Below, piece after piece: positions 28,704-38,941 of a stretch of DNA of 64,000 nt. The notes below the pieces were generated by a model. It was not told where the DNA came from. It saw nothing but the letters and a program-made list of their open reading frames with translations, and did no database searches. Source of the stretch: Candidatus Woesearchaeota archaeon (lineage in GTDB: Archaea; Nanobdellota; Nanobdellia; Woesearchaeales; 0-14-0-80-44-23). The stretch's first letter is position 1. Every line of letters begins with the position of its first letter. The translations under genes and the position numbers were made by a program. The stretch lies in contig JAVZCZ010000001.1 of NCBI GenBank assembly GCA_038874135.1, forward strand, positions 224,001-288,000, read 5' to 3'.

Positions 28704-28787
28704 CGCCGCGACCCGGATTTGAACCGGGAAGCCCTTTCGGGCACCAGCTCTCGAGGCTGGCGCACTACCAGGTTATGCGACCGCGGC
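28704..28787 (-). tRNA. tRNA-Ser(CGA)
   Basis: CCAGC-CTCGAGA-GCTGG anticodon arm, long variable arm; differs from tRNA-Ser(TGA) at 2 nt. Confidence 0.95.
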
Positions 28788-28866
28788 AACGGAAATAAAA
28801 AACTAAAAATCATTTATATAACTTTCTACCACAAGATTTATAAAAAATTTTAAAGTTTCTATCTGA

Positions 28867-29661
28867 ATCGCAAAGCACATTATCGAAGTAAAGGACCTAG
28901 TAAAACATTTTGGAAAAATAAAAGCAGTTGATGGAATAAGCTTTCATGTGAATAGGGGAGAAATATTCGCATTTCTGGGACCCAACGGGGCTGGAAAATC
29001 AACTACTATAAAAATGCTTACAACCCTGCTAAGGCCTGACAGGGGAACTGTTCTCATAGATGAGGTTGATGCAATCCGAGACCCCAATTCTGTTAGGAAG
29101 AAGTTCGGAATCGTTTTTCAGGATCCAAGCGTGGATGAAGAGCTTACTGCCTATGAGAACATGTATTTTCACGGGATGCTGTACAATGTGCCTTCTGAAA
29201 TTCTGAAGAGAAGGATTAAAGAGCTTTTAGAGATGGTAGAGCTCTGGGAGAGGAAGGACGACTTTGTAAAGAACTTTTCAGGAGGAACGAAGCGAAGGCT
29301 TGAAATTGCTCGCGGCTTGATACACCATCCTAAGGTGCTTTTCCTTGATGAGCCCACTATCGGATTGGACCCACAGACTAGAGCTCACATCTGGGAGTAC
29401 ATAAGACGGTTAAACAGGAAAGAGGGGCTTACTGTTTTTTTCACAACTCATTATATGGATGAGGCGGAACGGATTGCTGATTACATAATAGTTATAGACA
29501 ACGGGAGGATAGTTGGTGAAGGGAAGCTTACAGATATTCTGAAAAGGACAGGTGAGAAATCGCTGGAGGACGCTTTCATAAAGATGACTGGGCACGAAAT
29601 AAGGGAGGAAGATGCCTCTCCGTTGGAGAGGATGCGCCTTAGGAGGAGGATTAGAAGATGA
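28867..29661 (+). CDS. ABC-2 exporter ATP-binding protein (DrrA-like); homology extends upstream of GTG 28948 to an ATC at 28867
   Basis: IIEVKDLVKHFGKIKAVDGISF in frame, GPNGAGKST, FSGG, LFLDEPT, TTHYMDEAE. Confidence 0.88.
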   Translation: MAKHIIEVKDLVKHFGKIKAVDGISFHVNRGEIFAFLGPNGAGKSTTIKMLTTLLRPDRGTVLIDEVDAIRDPNSVRKKFGIVFQDPSVDEELTAYENMYFHGMLYNVPSEILKRRIKELLEMVELWERKDDFVKNFSGGTKRRLEIARGLIHHPKVLFLDEPTIGLDPQTRAHIWEYIRRLNRKEGLTVFFTTHYMDEAERIADYIIVIDNGRIVGEGKLTDILKRTGEKSLEDAFIKMTGHEIREEDASPLERMRLRRRIRR

Positions 29662-30404
29662 AGGCAATGTATGTTCTCTGGCTCAGGCAGGTTAAGCGGT
29701 ATTTCAGGTCAAAGCCCAGGATAGTTGGCGCTATGATGCAGCCTCTTCTTTTTCTCCTCGCATTAGGATTCGGCTTCGGGCCCATCTATGCTAAGGCTGG
29801 GGGTGGTAACTATATACAGTTCATCGCTCCTGGGATTATTGCTATGAGCATACTTTTCACTTCAATATTTTCCGGCGTGGATATCATCTGGGATAGGCAG
29901 TTCGGATTCTTAAAAGAGACCCTTGTAGCTCCTGTTTCCAGGCTGGAGCTGATGCTTGGCAGAACCCTTGGAGGTGCCACTGTTGCTGTGATTCAAGGCA
30001 GCATAGTTTTTATCATCTCGCTTATTGTAGGATTTAGGCTTAGTAGCTGGAGCATGCTTCCAGTTGCACTCTTGTTTATGTTCTTAATAGCAGTTGCCTT
30101 TACAGGGCTCGGAACTGCAATAGGCTCATTGATGGAAGACATGCAAGGCTTCCAGCTGATAATGAACTTTTTGATAATGCCAATCTTCTTCTTGTCAGGA
30201 GCTCTATTTCCACTTACGGAGCTTCCCAGAGGAATATTTCTAGTTACAAGGTTTGATCCTCTCTCCTACGGAGTGGACGGTTTAAGGTTCGCTCTTACAG
30301 GGACAGCTGCTTTTTCTCTTCTTTACGACTTCTTAGTTATGGTTGGAGTAGGCGTATTATTTGTAGGGATGGGAAGCTACTTCTTTTCAAAAGTGCAGCT
30401 TTGA
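29658..30404 (+). CDS. ABC-2 type exporter permease
   Basis: FIAPGII, DRQFGFLKETLVAPVSR, FLSGALFP, PLSYGVDGLR. Confidence 0.92.
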   Translation: MKAMYVLWLRQVKRYFRSKPRIVGAMMQPLLFLLALGFGFGPIYAKAGGGNYIQFIAPGIIAMSILFTSIFSGVDIIWDRQFGFLKETLVAPVSRLELMLGRTLGGATVAVIQGSIVFIISLIVGFRLSSWSMLPVALLFMFLIAVAFTGLGTAIGSLMEDMQGFQLIMNFLIMPIFFLSGALFPLTELPRGIFLVTRFDPLSYGVDGLRFALTGTAAFSLLYDFLVMVGVGVLFVGMGSYFFSKVQL

Positions 30405-30492
30405 CCATTAAAAAAAATAGTAAAGTTTAAATACTCATTGGATTTATTTTGTATACTAACATAGGTTTTAGTAATAAACAAGAGGTGATTTA

Positions 30493-30924
30493 ATGAGAAA
30501 AGGACAAGCAGCTATGGAGTTCTTGATGACCTACGGATGGGCAATCCTGGTAGTGCTTGTGGCCATAGCAGCGTTGGCATACTTTGGAGTTTTAAGCCCG
30601 GGAAGATTCCTGCCTAGAACTTGCACAATAGGCCAGGGAGTGTCCTGCGAGGATTTCAAGATTACAGCAGATGGAAACGCCACTGTGATAATAAGGAATG
30701 GAATGGGCTCCGCAGTTACAGGGGTAACAGTTACAATAAGTGGAAACGCTTGCACGCCCACAGGAATCACGATTAATGATGGTGCAACGCAAGAGTTCAC
30801 ATGCAGTGTAACACCTGGAACTGCAGGATCTAAGTATAAGGGAGATATCGCCTTTACTTACACTCAAGAAGGGAGCTCCCTCAGCCATACTCTTAAGGGA
30901 ACAATTGCATCTCCTTATGAGTAA
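30493..30924 (+). CDS. Type IV pilin (probable major pilin), class III signal peptide
   Basis: MRKG/QAAMEFLMTYGWAILVVLVAIAALAYFGV, Thr/Gly-rich beta domain with Cys pairs; own TATA and SD. Confidence 0.88.
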   Translation: MRKGQAAMEFLMTYGWAILVVLVAIAALAYFGVLSPGRFLPRTCTIGQGVSCEDFKITADGNATVIIRNGMGSAVTGVTVTISGNACTPTGITINDGATQEFTCSVTPGTAGSKYKGDIAFTYTQEGSSLSHTLKGTIASPYE

Positions 30925-30969
30925 AGAGAGAAAACTTATTTTTTAAGGATTTTTTAATTTTAATTTATT

Positions 30970-31020
30970 AATTTCTTAAAGATATTAAATTTATTAAAGA
31001 TTGTAATTTATTAAAGATTG
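30970..31020. repeat. Short AT-rich tandem repeat in convergent terminator region
   Basis: AATTTATTAAAGATTG twice (30988, 31005) plus a degenerate copy at 30970. Confidence 0.55.
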
Positions 31021-31023
31021 GTC

Positions 31024-32130
31024 TCACATTATTGAACTGAAAAGTCCGCTGAGCACTACTGAAAGGAATAAGAAGAGTAGCAGCGAAGTTGCAATGTAAA
31101 TAAGAACTGTTTTAGCGCCGCCCCTAACATCACCTGTTCTTATTACTGAAACAATCATGGCTGAAAAAAATGAAGTCACGGCTAAACTTAGAATTGCAAA
31201 TATTCTAAACTGGCCTGGAGTTATTGAAATCTTAGAAAAAGCCATAGGCAGTGATACTGAAGCGCGCGATATCTCTGAGAAGTCAAGAGATGCTGAAAGC
31301 TTTGAAACCACGCTTACAAGCTGGTAGGACAACGCCATTAGAAGTGGAGCTGCAAATACGGTTGCAGCGCCTATGAAGATTACATATGTTGAAACATTTG
31401 CAGCCATCTCGCGCATCATGAGCTGATTGTCCCTTATGTTAGAAGCGATTCTTGAAAGGAGAGGAGCCATCTCTCCTCCAGCTTGTAATCCCTCAACTAT
31501 GAGGCTAACTGAACTTTGAAGCACATTGGAATCATACTTGCTAGCAAACCTCTGAAGCGAAACTTCTAAAGGAGTGCCAGCAGCTGTCTCTTTTGCTACT
31601 TCCTCAATCTCTCTGGATAGTATTCCAAACCTAGGCCTTATTGCAAACCAGAGGGCTTTGTCCAAGGTCATGCCGGCGTGCATGTTTGCGCTGGTCAGCT
31701 GCAGGAAGTCTGCGAGAACTGCCTCTATCTCAACCCTCCTACGATAAATCCTTATGTCTAAGTATATGAAAATTAAAAACATAATAATTAAGTATGCAAA
31801 TATGCCTGCTGTGACGAACATTGGAAGAACCAGGGGAAAAACTATGCTTGCAGGAATGCCGCTTCTCATGAGGTTGATTGAGTAGATGAGTATGAGAAAT
31901 AGTGATGTAATTATTGAGGTTATGATAACTCTCCTGCGAACCTCCTCTGCTTCAATCTCAAATCCAGCTTTTCTAAGGTAGTATTTCAAGATGTTTTTGG
32001 GAATGCGTGCAGGGCTTTTCTCTTCCTTCTTATGAGCTTCTTTTCTGGTTTTGCTTGAAGAGAGCTTTTTCTCAATTTCACTAAGCGTGAAGTTTTCGTT
32101 TTTTCTCTTTCTAAACAGGTTTAGTTTCAT
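31024..32130 (-). CDS. Type II/IV secretion system F-family membrane platform protein (Tad-like)
   Basis: IEAVLADFLQL..ANMHAGMTLDKAL, FGILSREI, GGEMAPLL; multiple TM segments. Confidence 0.88.
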   Translation of the reverse strand: MKLNLFRKRKNENFTLSEIEKKLSSSKTRKEAHKKEEKSPARIPKNILKYYLRKAGFEIEAEEVRRRVIITSIITSLFLILIYSINLMRSGIPASIVFPLVLPMFVTAGIFAYLIIMFLIFIYLDIRIYRRRVEIEAVLADFLQLTSANMHAGMTLDKALWFAIRPRFGILSREIEEVAKETAAGTPLEVSLQRFASKYDSNVLQSSVSLIVEGLQAGGEMAPLLSRIASNIRDNQLMMREMAANVSTYVIFIGAATVFAAPLLMALSYQLVSVVSKLSASLDFSEISRASVSLPMAFSKISITPGQFRIFAILSLAVTSFFSAMIVSVIRTGDVRGGAKTVLIYIATSLLLFLFLSVVLSGLFSSIM

Positions 32131-32942
32131 GCCATGCCCACCGAAGGTCTTGAACTTCTTATTACTGAAAGGAACATAAACTGCATGAAGGCGAGCAGGA
32201 ACACTATTACTAAAAGGATTTTGAAGTCAATTGGAAGTCCCATTATCATTGAAAGGATGATTAGCATAGTTACACCAAGTGTTGGTATTATGATTGCTAT
32301 CATCATGTAAAACATTGCCATAGGATTTAGTTTTCTTCCATATTCAACTATTGCAATCTGCTGCTCCTTGACTATCTGCTCTATGACTGTTCTTAGACTT
32401 TTTGCAGAATCTGCACCTGTTTTCAAGGAGTTCAGAAGCTGCCAGAGTATCTTTCTTAAATCTTCAGATGGAGTTTTTTCAACTGCCTGATTTATTGCAT
32501 CTTCCATTGAGGTTCCAAGGTCAACCTGTTTTATTATCTCCTTCAGGTATTTTCCCACTGCAGGATAGTTTCCTGACGCTCCTCTTATTGCATCATATAT
32601 GCTTATGCCTGATTCAAGCTCAACCATTAGGAATCTTCCTGCAAAGATTACTTCCCTGTTTATTGCCTCGTTCTCCTTTTTTATTCTAACATCCGGCGTG
32701 TGAAGAAAAAAGTAAAATAACATCAAAAATAGAATCGGTATAAGGATGAGAATAATTAGAGGCAGTTCAAGTATCTTTATAAATACTAAAATTACAAAGG
32801 AGAGCCCCGTAGTCATTGAAAGTGCTGAGAGAATTGTCTGTTTTAGAAACTGCTCGGGAGTGTAAGGCATCTCAGCCTGCTTAAGCTTAAAAGCAAGCTG
32901 GGGATTTCTTCTTGCAAGCCAGTGTAAAAGTGATGTTCTCAT
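32127..32942 (-). CDS. Type II/IV secretion system F-family membrane platform protein (Tad-like)
   Basis: ELESGISIYDAI, LGTSMEDAI, SLKTGAD, EYGRKLNP. Confidence 0.88.
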   Translation of the reverse strand: MRTSLLHWLARRNPQLAFKLKQAEMPYTPEQFLKQTILSALSMTTGLSFVILVFIKILELPLIILILIPILFLMLFYFFLHTPDVRIKKENEAINREVIFAGRFLMVELESGISIYDAIRGASGNYPAVGKYLKEIIKQVDLGTSMEDAINQAVEKTPSEDLRKILWQLLNSLKTGADSAKSLRTVIEQIVKEQQIAIVEYGRKLNPMAMFYMMIAIIIPTLGVTMLIILSMIMGLPIDFKILLVIVFLLAFMQFMFLSVIRSSRPSVGMA

Positions 32943-32956
32943 TTATCCAGCCACGC

Positions 32957-34543
32957 TCACTTTAGATTTGCCAATTCGGGAAGGGGCTTATTAGCTCGCA
33001 CATACTTTAGAAGGTTTTCTTTGTTTGTATAATACTCTGCCATAACCCTACCGACTCCGTCAACAGTTTTAACCTGCTGCTTAACCAGCCAGGCAAGCAC
33101 CTGTTCTTTTTCTCTCAAATCTGAATCTATTTCTTGATTGCTCATCCCAGTAAACAGCTTTATTGTATCCATAAGACTTATTGACTTATTTATCGTATTC
33201 ATAGTGTCTCTTCTAACATCCAGCTGCATCAAAAGGTTAGTTGAGCCATCTGGAAGTATTTCAGCAAGCTGGAAGTTCCTTCTCAAACCGGTTCTCCTAT
33301 TCCTGTACTGAACAAGTATTAGGGATATTGCAGGAAGCATTGACTTAGGCGTGTTTATCGGCGGGTTTGTAAGCCTCGTTATTGTCTCAGAAACGCTGTT
33401 GGCGTGAACCGTAGCGTATACGCTATGTCCAGTGTGTATCGCCTCAAAGAGCACTTCTGCCTCTGACTGTCTTCTAATCTCTCCAACAAGGATTCTATCA
33501 GGCCTCATCCTTAAAGAATTCACGAGCAGGTCCAGCATTGAAACTTCTCCCTTACCCTCAGGGTTTGGAAGTCTTGTGAGGAGTGGTACCCAGTGTAGAA
33601 ACTTTGGAAGCTGAAGCTCTCGCGTGTCTTCTATTGAGATTACCCTCTGATTTGGGGGGATGAATGAAGCGATTACATTAAGGGCGGATGTCTTTCCAGA
33701 GGCAGTTCCTCCGGCGATAAGCATTGAGAGCTCGTACTGCATTGCTAACCATATTAGGGATGCAGCATTTGGTGCAAATGTTCTATTTTCAAGAAAGCTT
33801 GTAATTGTCCAAGGATCGGAAGCGAACTTTCTGAGGGTGATCGTGTTTCCTCGTGAAGAGATGGGCATGAGTGTGCAGTTAGCCCTGTCTCCAGTGCTCA
33901 GATGAGCATCTAATAATGGGCTCAGGATGCTTATCTGCCTTCCAACCTTTCTGCCAATCTGGGCTGCATACTGTTTTATCTGCTCTTCACTTTCAACTCT
34001 GATATTAGTTTTAAGCCAGCCAAACTTTTTGTGATAGACCCAAGCGGGCTCTTCCGCACTGTTTATTACTATTTCTTCCAGCTGCGCGTCGTCCATCAAG
34101 ATTTCAATGCTGCCCATTCCGAGGCTTCGCTGTATCAGATATGCTATCATGAACTCCTTTTCCGATTCGGAAGCATCTGGGAAGTATCGTTTAATGACAC
34201 TTCTTATTGCTGTTTTAAACTTTTCTTCAAGTATTTCCTCTTTTTTGATGTCTGTAAGCTCTTCTGCTTCCAGCTTTACATTCTCTATCAGCTCCATCCT
34301 TATTTTTTCAAGAATCAGCTGGGTAGTTGGGCTTATAGTCCTGATTGAGGTTTCATAGATGGGCACGAACTCATTTGGCTTCCTTCTTATAACTATTTCT
34401 ATTGGCATCCCATCTGAAACGAATGAGTAACGCGAAAGTTCCTGCGAATCTCTGCTATCAGAATCTTTTTTTTCACCTGCTGGAATCTCCTGCGGCTTAG
34501 ATTTTTTTAAGAAATTATCTTGCCCTTTCGTCCTATCCACCAC
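32957..34543 (-). CDS. Pilus assembly ATPase (CpaF/TadA/VirB11 family)
   Basis: GGTASGKTS, SIEDTREL, LRMRPDRILVGEIR, HTGHSVYATVHA. Confidence 0.95.
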   Translation of the reverse strand: MVDRTKGQDNFLKKSKPQEIPAGEKKDSDSRDSQELSRYSFVSDGMPIEIVIRRKPNEFVPIYETSIRTISPTTQLILEKIRMELIENVKLEAEELTDIKKEEILEEKFKTAIRSVIKRYFPDASESEKEFMIAYLIQRSLGMGSIEILMDDAQLEEIVINSAEEPAWVYHKKFGWLKTNIRVESEEQIKQYAAQIGRKVGRQISILSPLLDAHLSTGDRANCTLMPISSRGNTITLRKFASDPWTITSFLENRTFAPNAASLIWLAMQYELSMLIAGGTASGKTSALNVIASFIPPNQRVISIEDTRELQLPKFLHWVPLLTRLPNPEGKGEVSMLDLLVNSLRMRPDRILVGEIRRQSEAEVLFEAIHTGHSVYATVHANSVSETITRLTNPPINTPKSMLPAISLILVQYRNRRTGLRRNFQLAEILPDGSTNLLMQLDVRRDTMNTINKSISLMDTIKLFTGMSNQEIDSDLREKEQVLAWLVKQQVKTVDGVGRVMAEYYTNKENLLKYVRANKPLPELANLK

Positions 34544-34566
34544 CCCTTTTTATTTCTAAACCAAGC

Positions 34567-35160
34567 TCATATTTTTATAAGATTCTTTAATGCTCTTATC
34601 TCATCTTCTATGGCTTTTCTTTTCTTATAAAGCTTTACAAGTTGTTTGTTAATCTCATCCAACTTATTATTTTTGTTACCTGGAATTATTTTTATCAGCT
34701 CTGCCTTTCTCAGCAGTCCCGATATCTCAGATTTTACTGCTCGGCCCTCACTTTCAAGGCGGTTAAGCATCATGTTTATCTCATTCTTTTCCTTGAATAT
34801 TCTTTCAATTTCTTCTTTTATTCTGCTAATTATTTTCTCGTCATTTTCAAGTTCTGTGAGTATACTCTTCATCTTTAACTTGGCAAGCTCAACAGGGTCT
34901 TTAGGCAGGTTTGGTCTTCTCCTAATTTTTTCTTGCGGCAGGCGTTCTGACATGGAAGTTGTTTCAGGATTGCTGACTAGAACCTGCCTGGTTAGTTCAT
35001 ATTTTATTGAGAGAAGCCCGCTATCTTCCAGTAGTTCAGCTAAAGCTTGCGTGGTATCCTTATCCAGATTGAGAAGCTGCGCTGCCTGATCAATTCCTAT
35101 TTTTTTCTTTTCGCGAACCAGTTCTAAGAGCCTGTCTGCATTTGTTTTGAGTTCAACCAT
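34567..35160 (-). CDS. Pilus-associated protein with N-terminal winged helix and coiled coil
   Basis: TNADRLLELVREKKKIGIDQAAQLL...LEDSGLLSIKY. Confidence 0.65.
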   Translation of the reverse strand: MVELKTNADRLLELVREKKKIGIDQAAQLLNLDKDTTQALAELLEDSGLLSIKYELTRQVLVSNPETTSMSERLPQEKIRRRPNLPKDPVELAKLKMKSILTELENDEKIISRIKEEIERIFKEKNEINMMLNRLESEGRAVKSEISGLLRKAELIKIIPGNKNNKLDEINKQLVKLYKKRKAIEDEIRALKNLIKI

Positions 35161-35225
35161 TTCTTCAACCCTTTTAATATTTCTAGATTATTTAAAAAGG
35201 TTTCCATTATTTAGTGATTGAAATT

Positions 35226-36191
35226 TTAGCAGCTCGTGCTTATCTGTGTTATCTGGTATGTTTTATCATGCTCATCATCTACATCTAGCAAAAACCATGC
35301 TGGCATGTCCGGGTCTGCTGCAGAGTTGTCTATACAAAGATTTGAAGTGGTTCTATTCCCAAAATAGATATAATCAACTATGCTAGCCTGCTTCGTAGGT
35401 ATTCCCTGAGCGGAGAGCTGCGCTACATTTACTAAGCTTTCTATCCCGTAAGGGGAATCTGAGAGGTTTCCTTCCAAGCGCATTAGAAAGCTAGGAGCAT
35501 GTGAGGAAGTGATGTAATATCCATTATTCAGATGATTCAGAAGTGTTGTTGTATTATTTCCCGAAACAAAGCTGAGCGTCTCAGCCTTTTTAATAGTTCT
35601 TGAAATGCGGCCGTATGAATTTACAATAAATAGCGGGTCTTCCATATCTAGCACTGGTATGGATGTGTGCACGCTCTTGTTAGTTGCCCAGGAAGCGAGT
35701 CCGCTCCTGTCAGAAAGGATTATTGAAAGGTTCGCATATATTTCAACCGTCCACGGGCTCTCTTGAACTACACTAATCTGATTTTCTATTATCTTAAGTT
35801 CAATTCCTAATTCAGAAGCCTTTTCGCACATTCTGTTCTTCCAATCATTTAAGGAGCTGTCCTTCAATACTGAAGGGGAATAATTACCGACTGTGCCGTT
35901 TATAAACGCGGTTTGAAATGCTTCTCCGCTGTCTGGAACATAGGTGCCATATTCAAGTATGTACTCCTCAATTCCAAGAAGAGCCCTGTAGCCTGAAATA
36001 TAAGTAGCTCTCTGAATGTCTGATTCAACATCCTTTAAGAATTCGTTCATTGAAAGAACTCGTGCCCTTTCTACCTCAGACCTTTCCAGGATGCTGGAAG
36101 AGCCTTTTAATTCAGTATTTAGCAGGAGCGCTCCTACTAAGAATATTGCAATCACGCTAAAGAAGAAGCCCCTGCGGGATCTTAACGCCAC
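35226..36191 (-). CDS. Pilin-like protein, class III signal peptide
   Basis: SRRG/FFFSVIAIFL; EDPL, APSFLMRLEG, YGIESLVN. Confidence 0.75.
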   Translation of the reverse strand: MALRSRRGFFFSVIAIFLVGALLLNTELKGSSSILERSEVERARVLSMNEFLKDVESDIQRATYISGYRALLGIEEYILEYGTYVPDSGEAFQTAFINGTVGNYSPSVLKDSSLNDWKNRMCEKASELGIELKIIENQISVVQESPWTVEIYANLSIILSDRSGLASWATNKSVHTSIPVLDMEDPLFIVNSYGRISRTIKKAETLSFVSGNNTTTLLNHLNNGYYITSSHAPSFLMRLEGNLSDSPYGIESLVNVAQLSAQGIPTKQASIVDYIYFGNRTTSNLCIDNSAADPDMPAWFLLDVDDEHDKTYQITQISTSC

Positions 36192-38935
36192 ACTCTCACC
36201 TCAACCTTAGCTGGGCCCCACATGGAGGGCACCTTGCTCAGGAGAACAGTATCCACAATTAGGGACTGCTGGTTTATGTTGACATCCAAAATGCCATCTC
36301 TGTTAAGGTCTAATTGAAGGAAGAGGTTATAAGCGGCTTCTTGAATTGCATCTGCTGGATTGTAGGATGCTGTTAGGAAGGTGCAGTTATTGATTCCTGA
36401 ATAGTCGGGAGGTATTTTTATGGTTGAGTTTGTGCCGTCTGCAAATTGTACCAGCCAGTTGCATCCCTCTGCATTTGGCTCAACAGCTGAGTATGTCACA
36501 GAGTTGTTTATGAGTAAGGTGTAGATTGCCCTGTCCTCAGGGCTTCCGCCTGAGGAGGAATTTGCAGAGTAGCCCGTCTTTATTAGGAAAGTGTTGTTGC
36601 CTTCTTGCAATACGCGCGGAGGCACACCTATTAGAAATGGGTCTCCTAAAGCTGCATAGTAGCTTCCAAACTGAGACAGATTAAAGATGTTTATGGAATT
36701 GGCATAGGCTTCTTTGCTCCAATAGTATCCTGAGTATGAAGTCAGTTGAGCATCAACAACCTGCACTCCCGGGGGAATGAATATTGAACCTGAGGTGATA
36801 TAGTTTCCAAACCTTTCTGATTCAATAGTTATAGGTATCTTTCCAAATACTAGGGGCTTGATTGTTGGCGTATAATAAATTTTTATGAAAGAATTAGGGT
36901 AGAGGGTTGAATTTACACCTTGAATGACTACCAGCTGATATTGATAGATGAGAGATTTGTTAACTATCTCATTTGCAAGGTTCTGTACAAACTCAGTAAG
37001 CTGGGTCACATTTGTGCTTGCGTAGAATGTTCCGTTGCCCTTCTCAGCAATCTGACTCATGGTGTAGTTGGCGTTCTGACATGAGCCCATAGGTCCAAGC
37101 CCAATGGCGTGTATCGTTGTCCTATTTATGCCTCCTATTCTTGAAGCTGCATATATGGCATTTTGGATTGGTCCACTGCAGTCGTTTCCAGCGCATTCTG
37201 TTACATAGTCTTCAGAGCAGGCTGCTGGCAGGTACTGTGACAAGTTAGATGTTCCAGTAGTGTTGCACCCTCCGCTCGCGTTCAAGCCGCAGCACTCATT
37301 TGGAATGCCGTCAGTCATTAGGATTACATACTTCTTTCTTGAAGAGTTGCTGTAAGCGTTTATTATTGAATAGGCCAAGTTTAATGCGCAGCAGGTGCAG
37401 GTGTTTCCAGAGGGCTTATTCCAGGGGTAGTAATCCTTATTGTTGACATAGCTTAAAAGCACAGCAGAGTTGTTGCTGTAGTAGTATAATGACTTATCAT
37501 TAAAAGTTAGCAGCCATACTCTGTTCCCAGTCACATTCATTATGGTTTTTATGAATATCTCATTTAGGCATACTGCAACATTTATTCGGCGCACATGAGG
37601 ATTTGTAAAATAGTCCGCTTGGTCGCAGGTCCTTGCATCTCCATTTGAATCGTTATAGCCTATGCTGCCTTTCATGCTTGCTGAAATATCTGTGATTATG
37701 AGCACATCTGCATTTCCTCCAGTTATATTTCCTGTATTATTTAATGCGTAGTGCCCAATTTTAACCGGAATTGTTTTTTCAGAGAGGAAGGAATAGTTTA
37801 AAGCTGCGGCTATGCTTTCATTACTTATGTTTGCAACTATGTTTCCTTCAGCATCTGAGTAGTAAACTGGCTGGCCTGCCAGGTTTACAAAGAGTGGAAG
37901 GCTCGTAGTATAGTTAAGGAAAATTTCAATACCCTTTATCTCGCCAGGCACATATGCTGACGAGTATATATTTATGATCTTGCTTACTCCCGGCAGGTAT
38001 TCAATCTTTGAAGCTGTATTGCTAAAAGGGTCATATTGTGTTTCAGAATAGTTAAGCTCTGAGGTAAGGAGAGAAACTCTGAAAAATCCTCCAGTGATAT
38101 ACGCTGTGCTGTAGTTCTGAAATATGAATTCTATCGTGTTGAGCCCTGGCTTCAGGAATTGTAAGAAGGTCTGGTTTATATAGCACTTGTATGGTATCAG
38201 ATTTCCCCCACCTGAACAGCCTGAAGGATAATCTCCTGAGTAGTTGCCATTTATTTTGAGAGTAAAATTTGATCCGACTTCCATTTCAAAATAAGCTTCA
38301 ATAATTCGCGTATAGTTAGAAGGCAGTACTAAGAATTGGGTTATATTTCCCTGCCCTACGAGCCCTCCAAAATATACATAGACTGGCTGCACCTTGGAGC
38401 TTATCGAGTTGAGTATTGCCCTTGCAGAGTAGCCCTCTTTAGGCTTTTCCTCTTGAATTCCCGAAACGAGCCTGAACGAGGAGCTTAAATAGTCAGCATT
38501 TTTATCTGAGTGTAGAGAAGAGTTGCGCGAGTAGATAAGCTGGCCATTCACATATACTGCAACCCCTAAATTAGTATCTTCAAAGGCGAATTCTACAAAC
38601 CTGCGCGCAACTTCAGAAGCCTCTGCAGTATGGTTGAGTGCCCAAAGCTCTCCAATAACTTCCAATATTGAGCTGTTTAGGCTCGCATTTTTAAGGATTC
38701 CTGATTCTGCAAGTTGTAAGCAGTAGGAATCATTAATCTGGATTGGAGTTATGCTTGAAAGTGCAGAGATTGTGCTTGAGGAGTAATACCAAAGGTTTTG
38801 AGATTTTGATGATGAAGTATAAATCCAGTATGTCGCCAAAAGTCCACTTATTAAAAGAATTGAAGCGAGAAGTGCATCTATTGAGAAAAATATTCCTCTT
38901 CTTATGCGCGCTCCAAGTTTTTTTGTGAATAACAT
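36182..38935 (-). CDS. Large pilin-like adhesin with VWA domain
   Basis: RRG/IFFSIDALLA; MIDAS DISAS and VILMTDG, IHAIGLG; Cys-rich inserts; many NxS/T sequons. Confidence 0.82.
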   Translation of the reverse strand: MLFTKKLGARIRRGIFFSIDALLASILLISGLLATYWIYTSSSKSQNLWYYSSSTISALSSITPIQINDSYCLQLAESGILKNASLNSSILEVIGELWALNHTAEASEVARRFVEFAFEDTNLGVAVYVNGQLIYSRNSSLHSDKNADYLSSSFRLVSGIQEEKPKEGYSARAILNSISSKVQPVYVYFGGLVGQGNITQFLVLPSNYTRIIEAYFEMEVGSNFTLKINGNYSGDYPSGCSGGGNLIPYKCYINQTFLQFLKPGLNTIEFIFQNYSTAYITGGFFRVSLLTSELNYSETQYDPFSNTASKIEYLPGVSKIINIYSSAYVPGEIKGIEIFLNYTTSLPLFVNLAGQPVYYSDAEGNIVANISNESIAAALNYSFLSEKTIPVKIGHYALNNTGNITGGNADVLIITDISASMKGSIGYNDSNGDARTCDQADYFTNPHVRRINVAVCLNEIFIKTIMNVTGNRVWLLTFNDKSLYYYSNNSAVLLSYVNNKDYYPWNKPSGNTCTCCALNLAYSIINAYSNSSRKKYVILMTDGIPNECCGLNASGGCNTTGTSNLSQYLPAACSEDYVTECAGNDCSGPIQNAIYAASRIGGINRTTIHAIGLGPMGSCQNANYTMSQIAEKGNGTFYASTNVTQLTEFVQNLANEIVNKSLIYQYQLVVIQGVNSTLYPNSFIKIYYTPTIKPLVFGKIPITIESERFGNYITSGSIFIPPGVQVVDAQLTSYSGYYWSKEAYANSINIFNLSQFGSYYAALGDPFLIGVPPRVLQEGNNTFLIKTGYSANSSSGGSPEDRAIYTLLINNSVTYSAVEPNAEGCNWLVQFADGTNSTIKIPPDYSGINNCTFLTASYNPADAIQEAAYNLFLQLDLNRDGILDVNINQQSLIVDTVLLSKVPSMWGPAKVEVRVWR

Positions 38936-38941
38936 CCAGAT

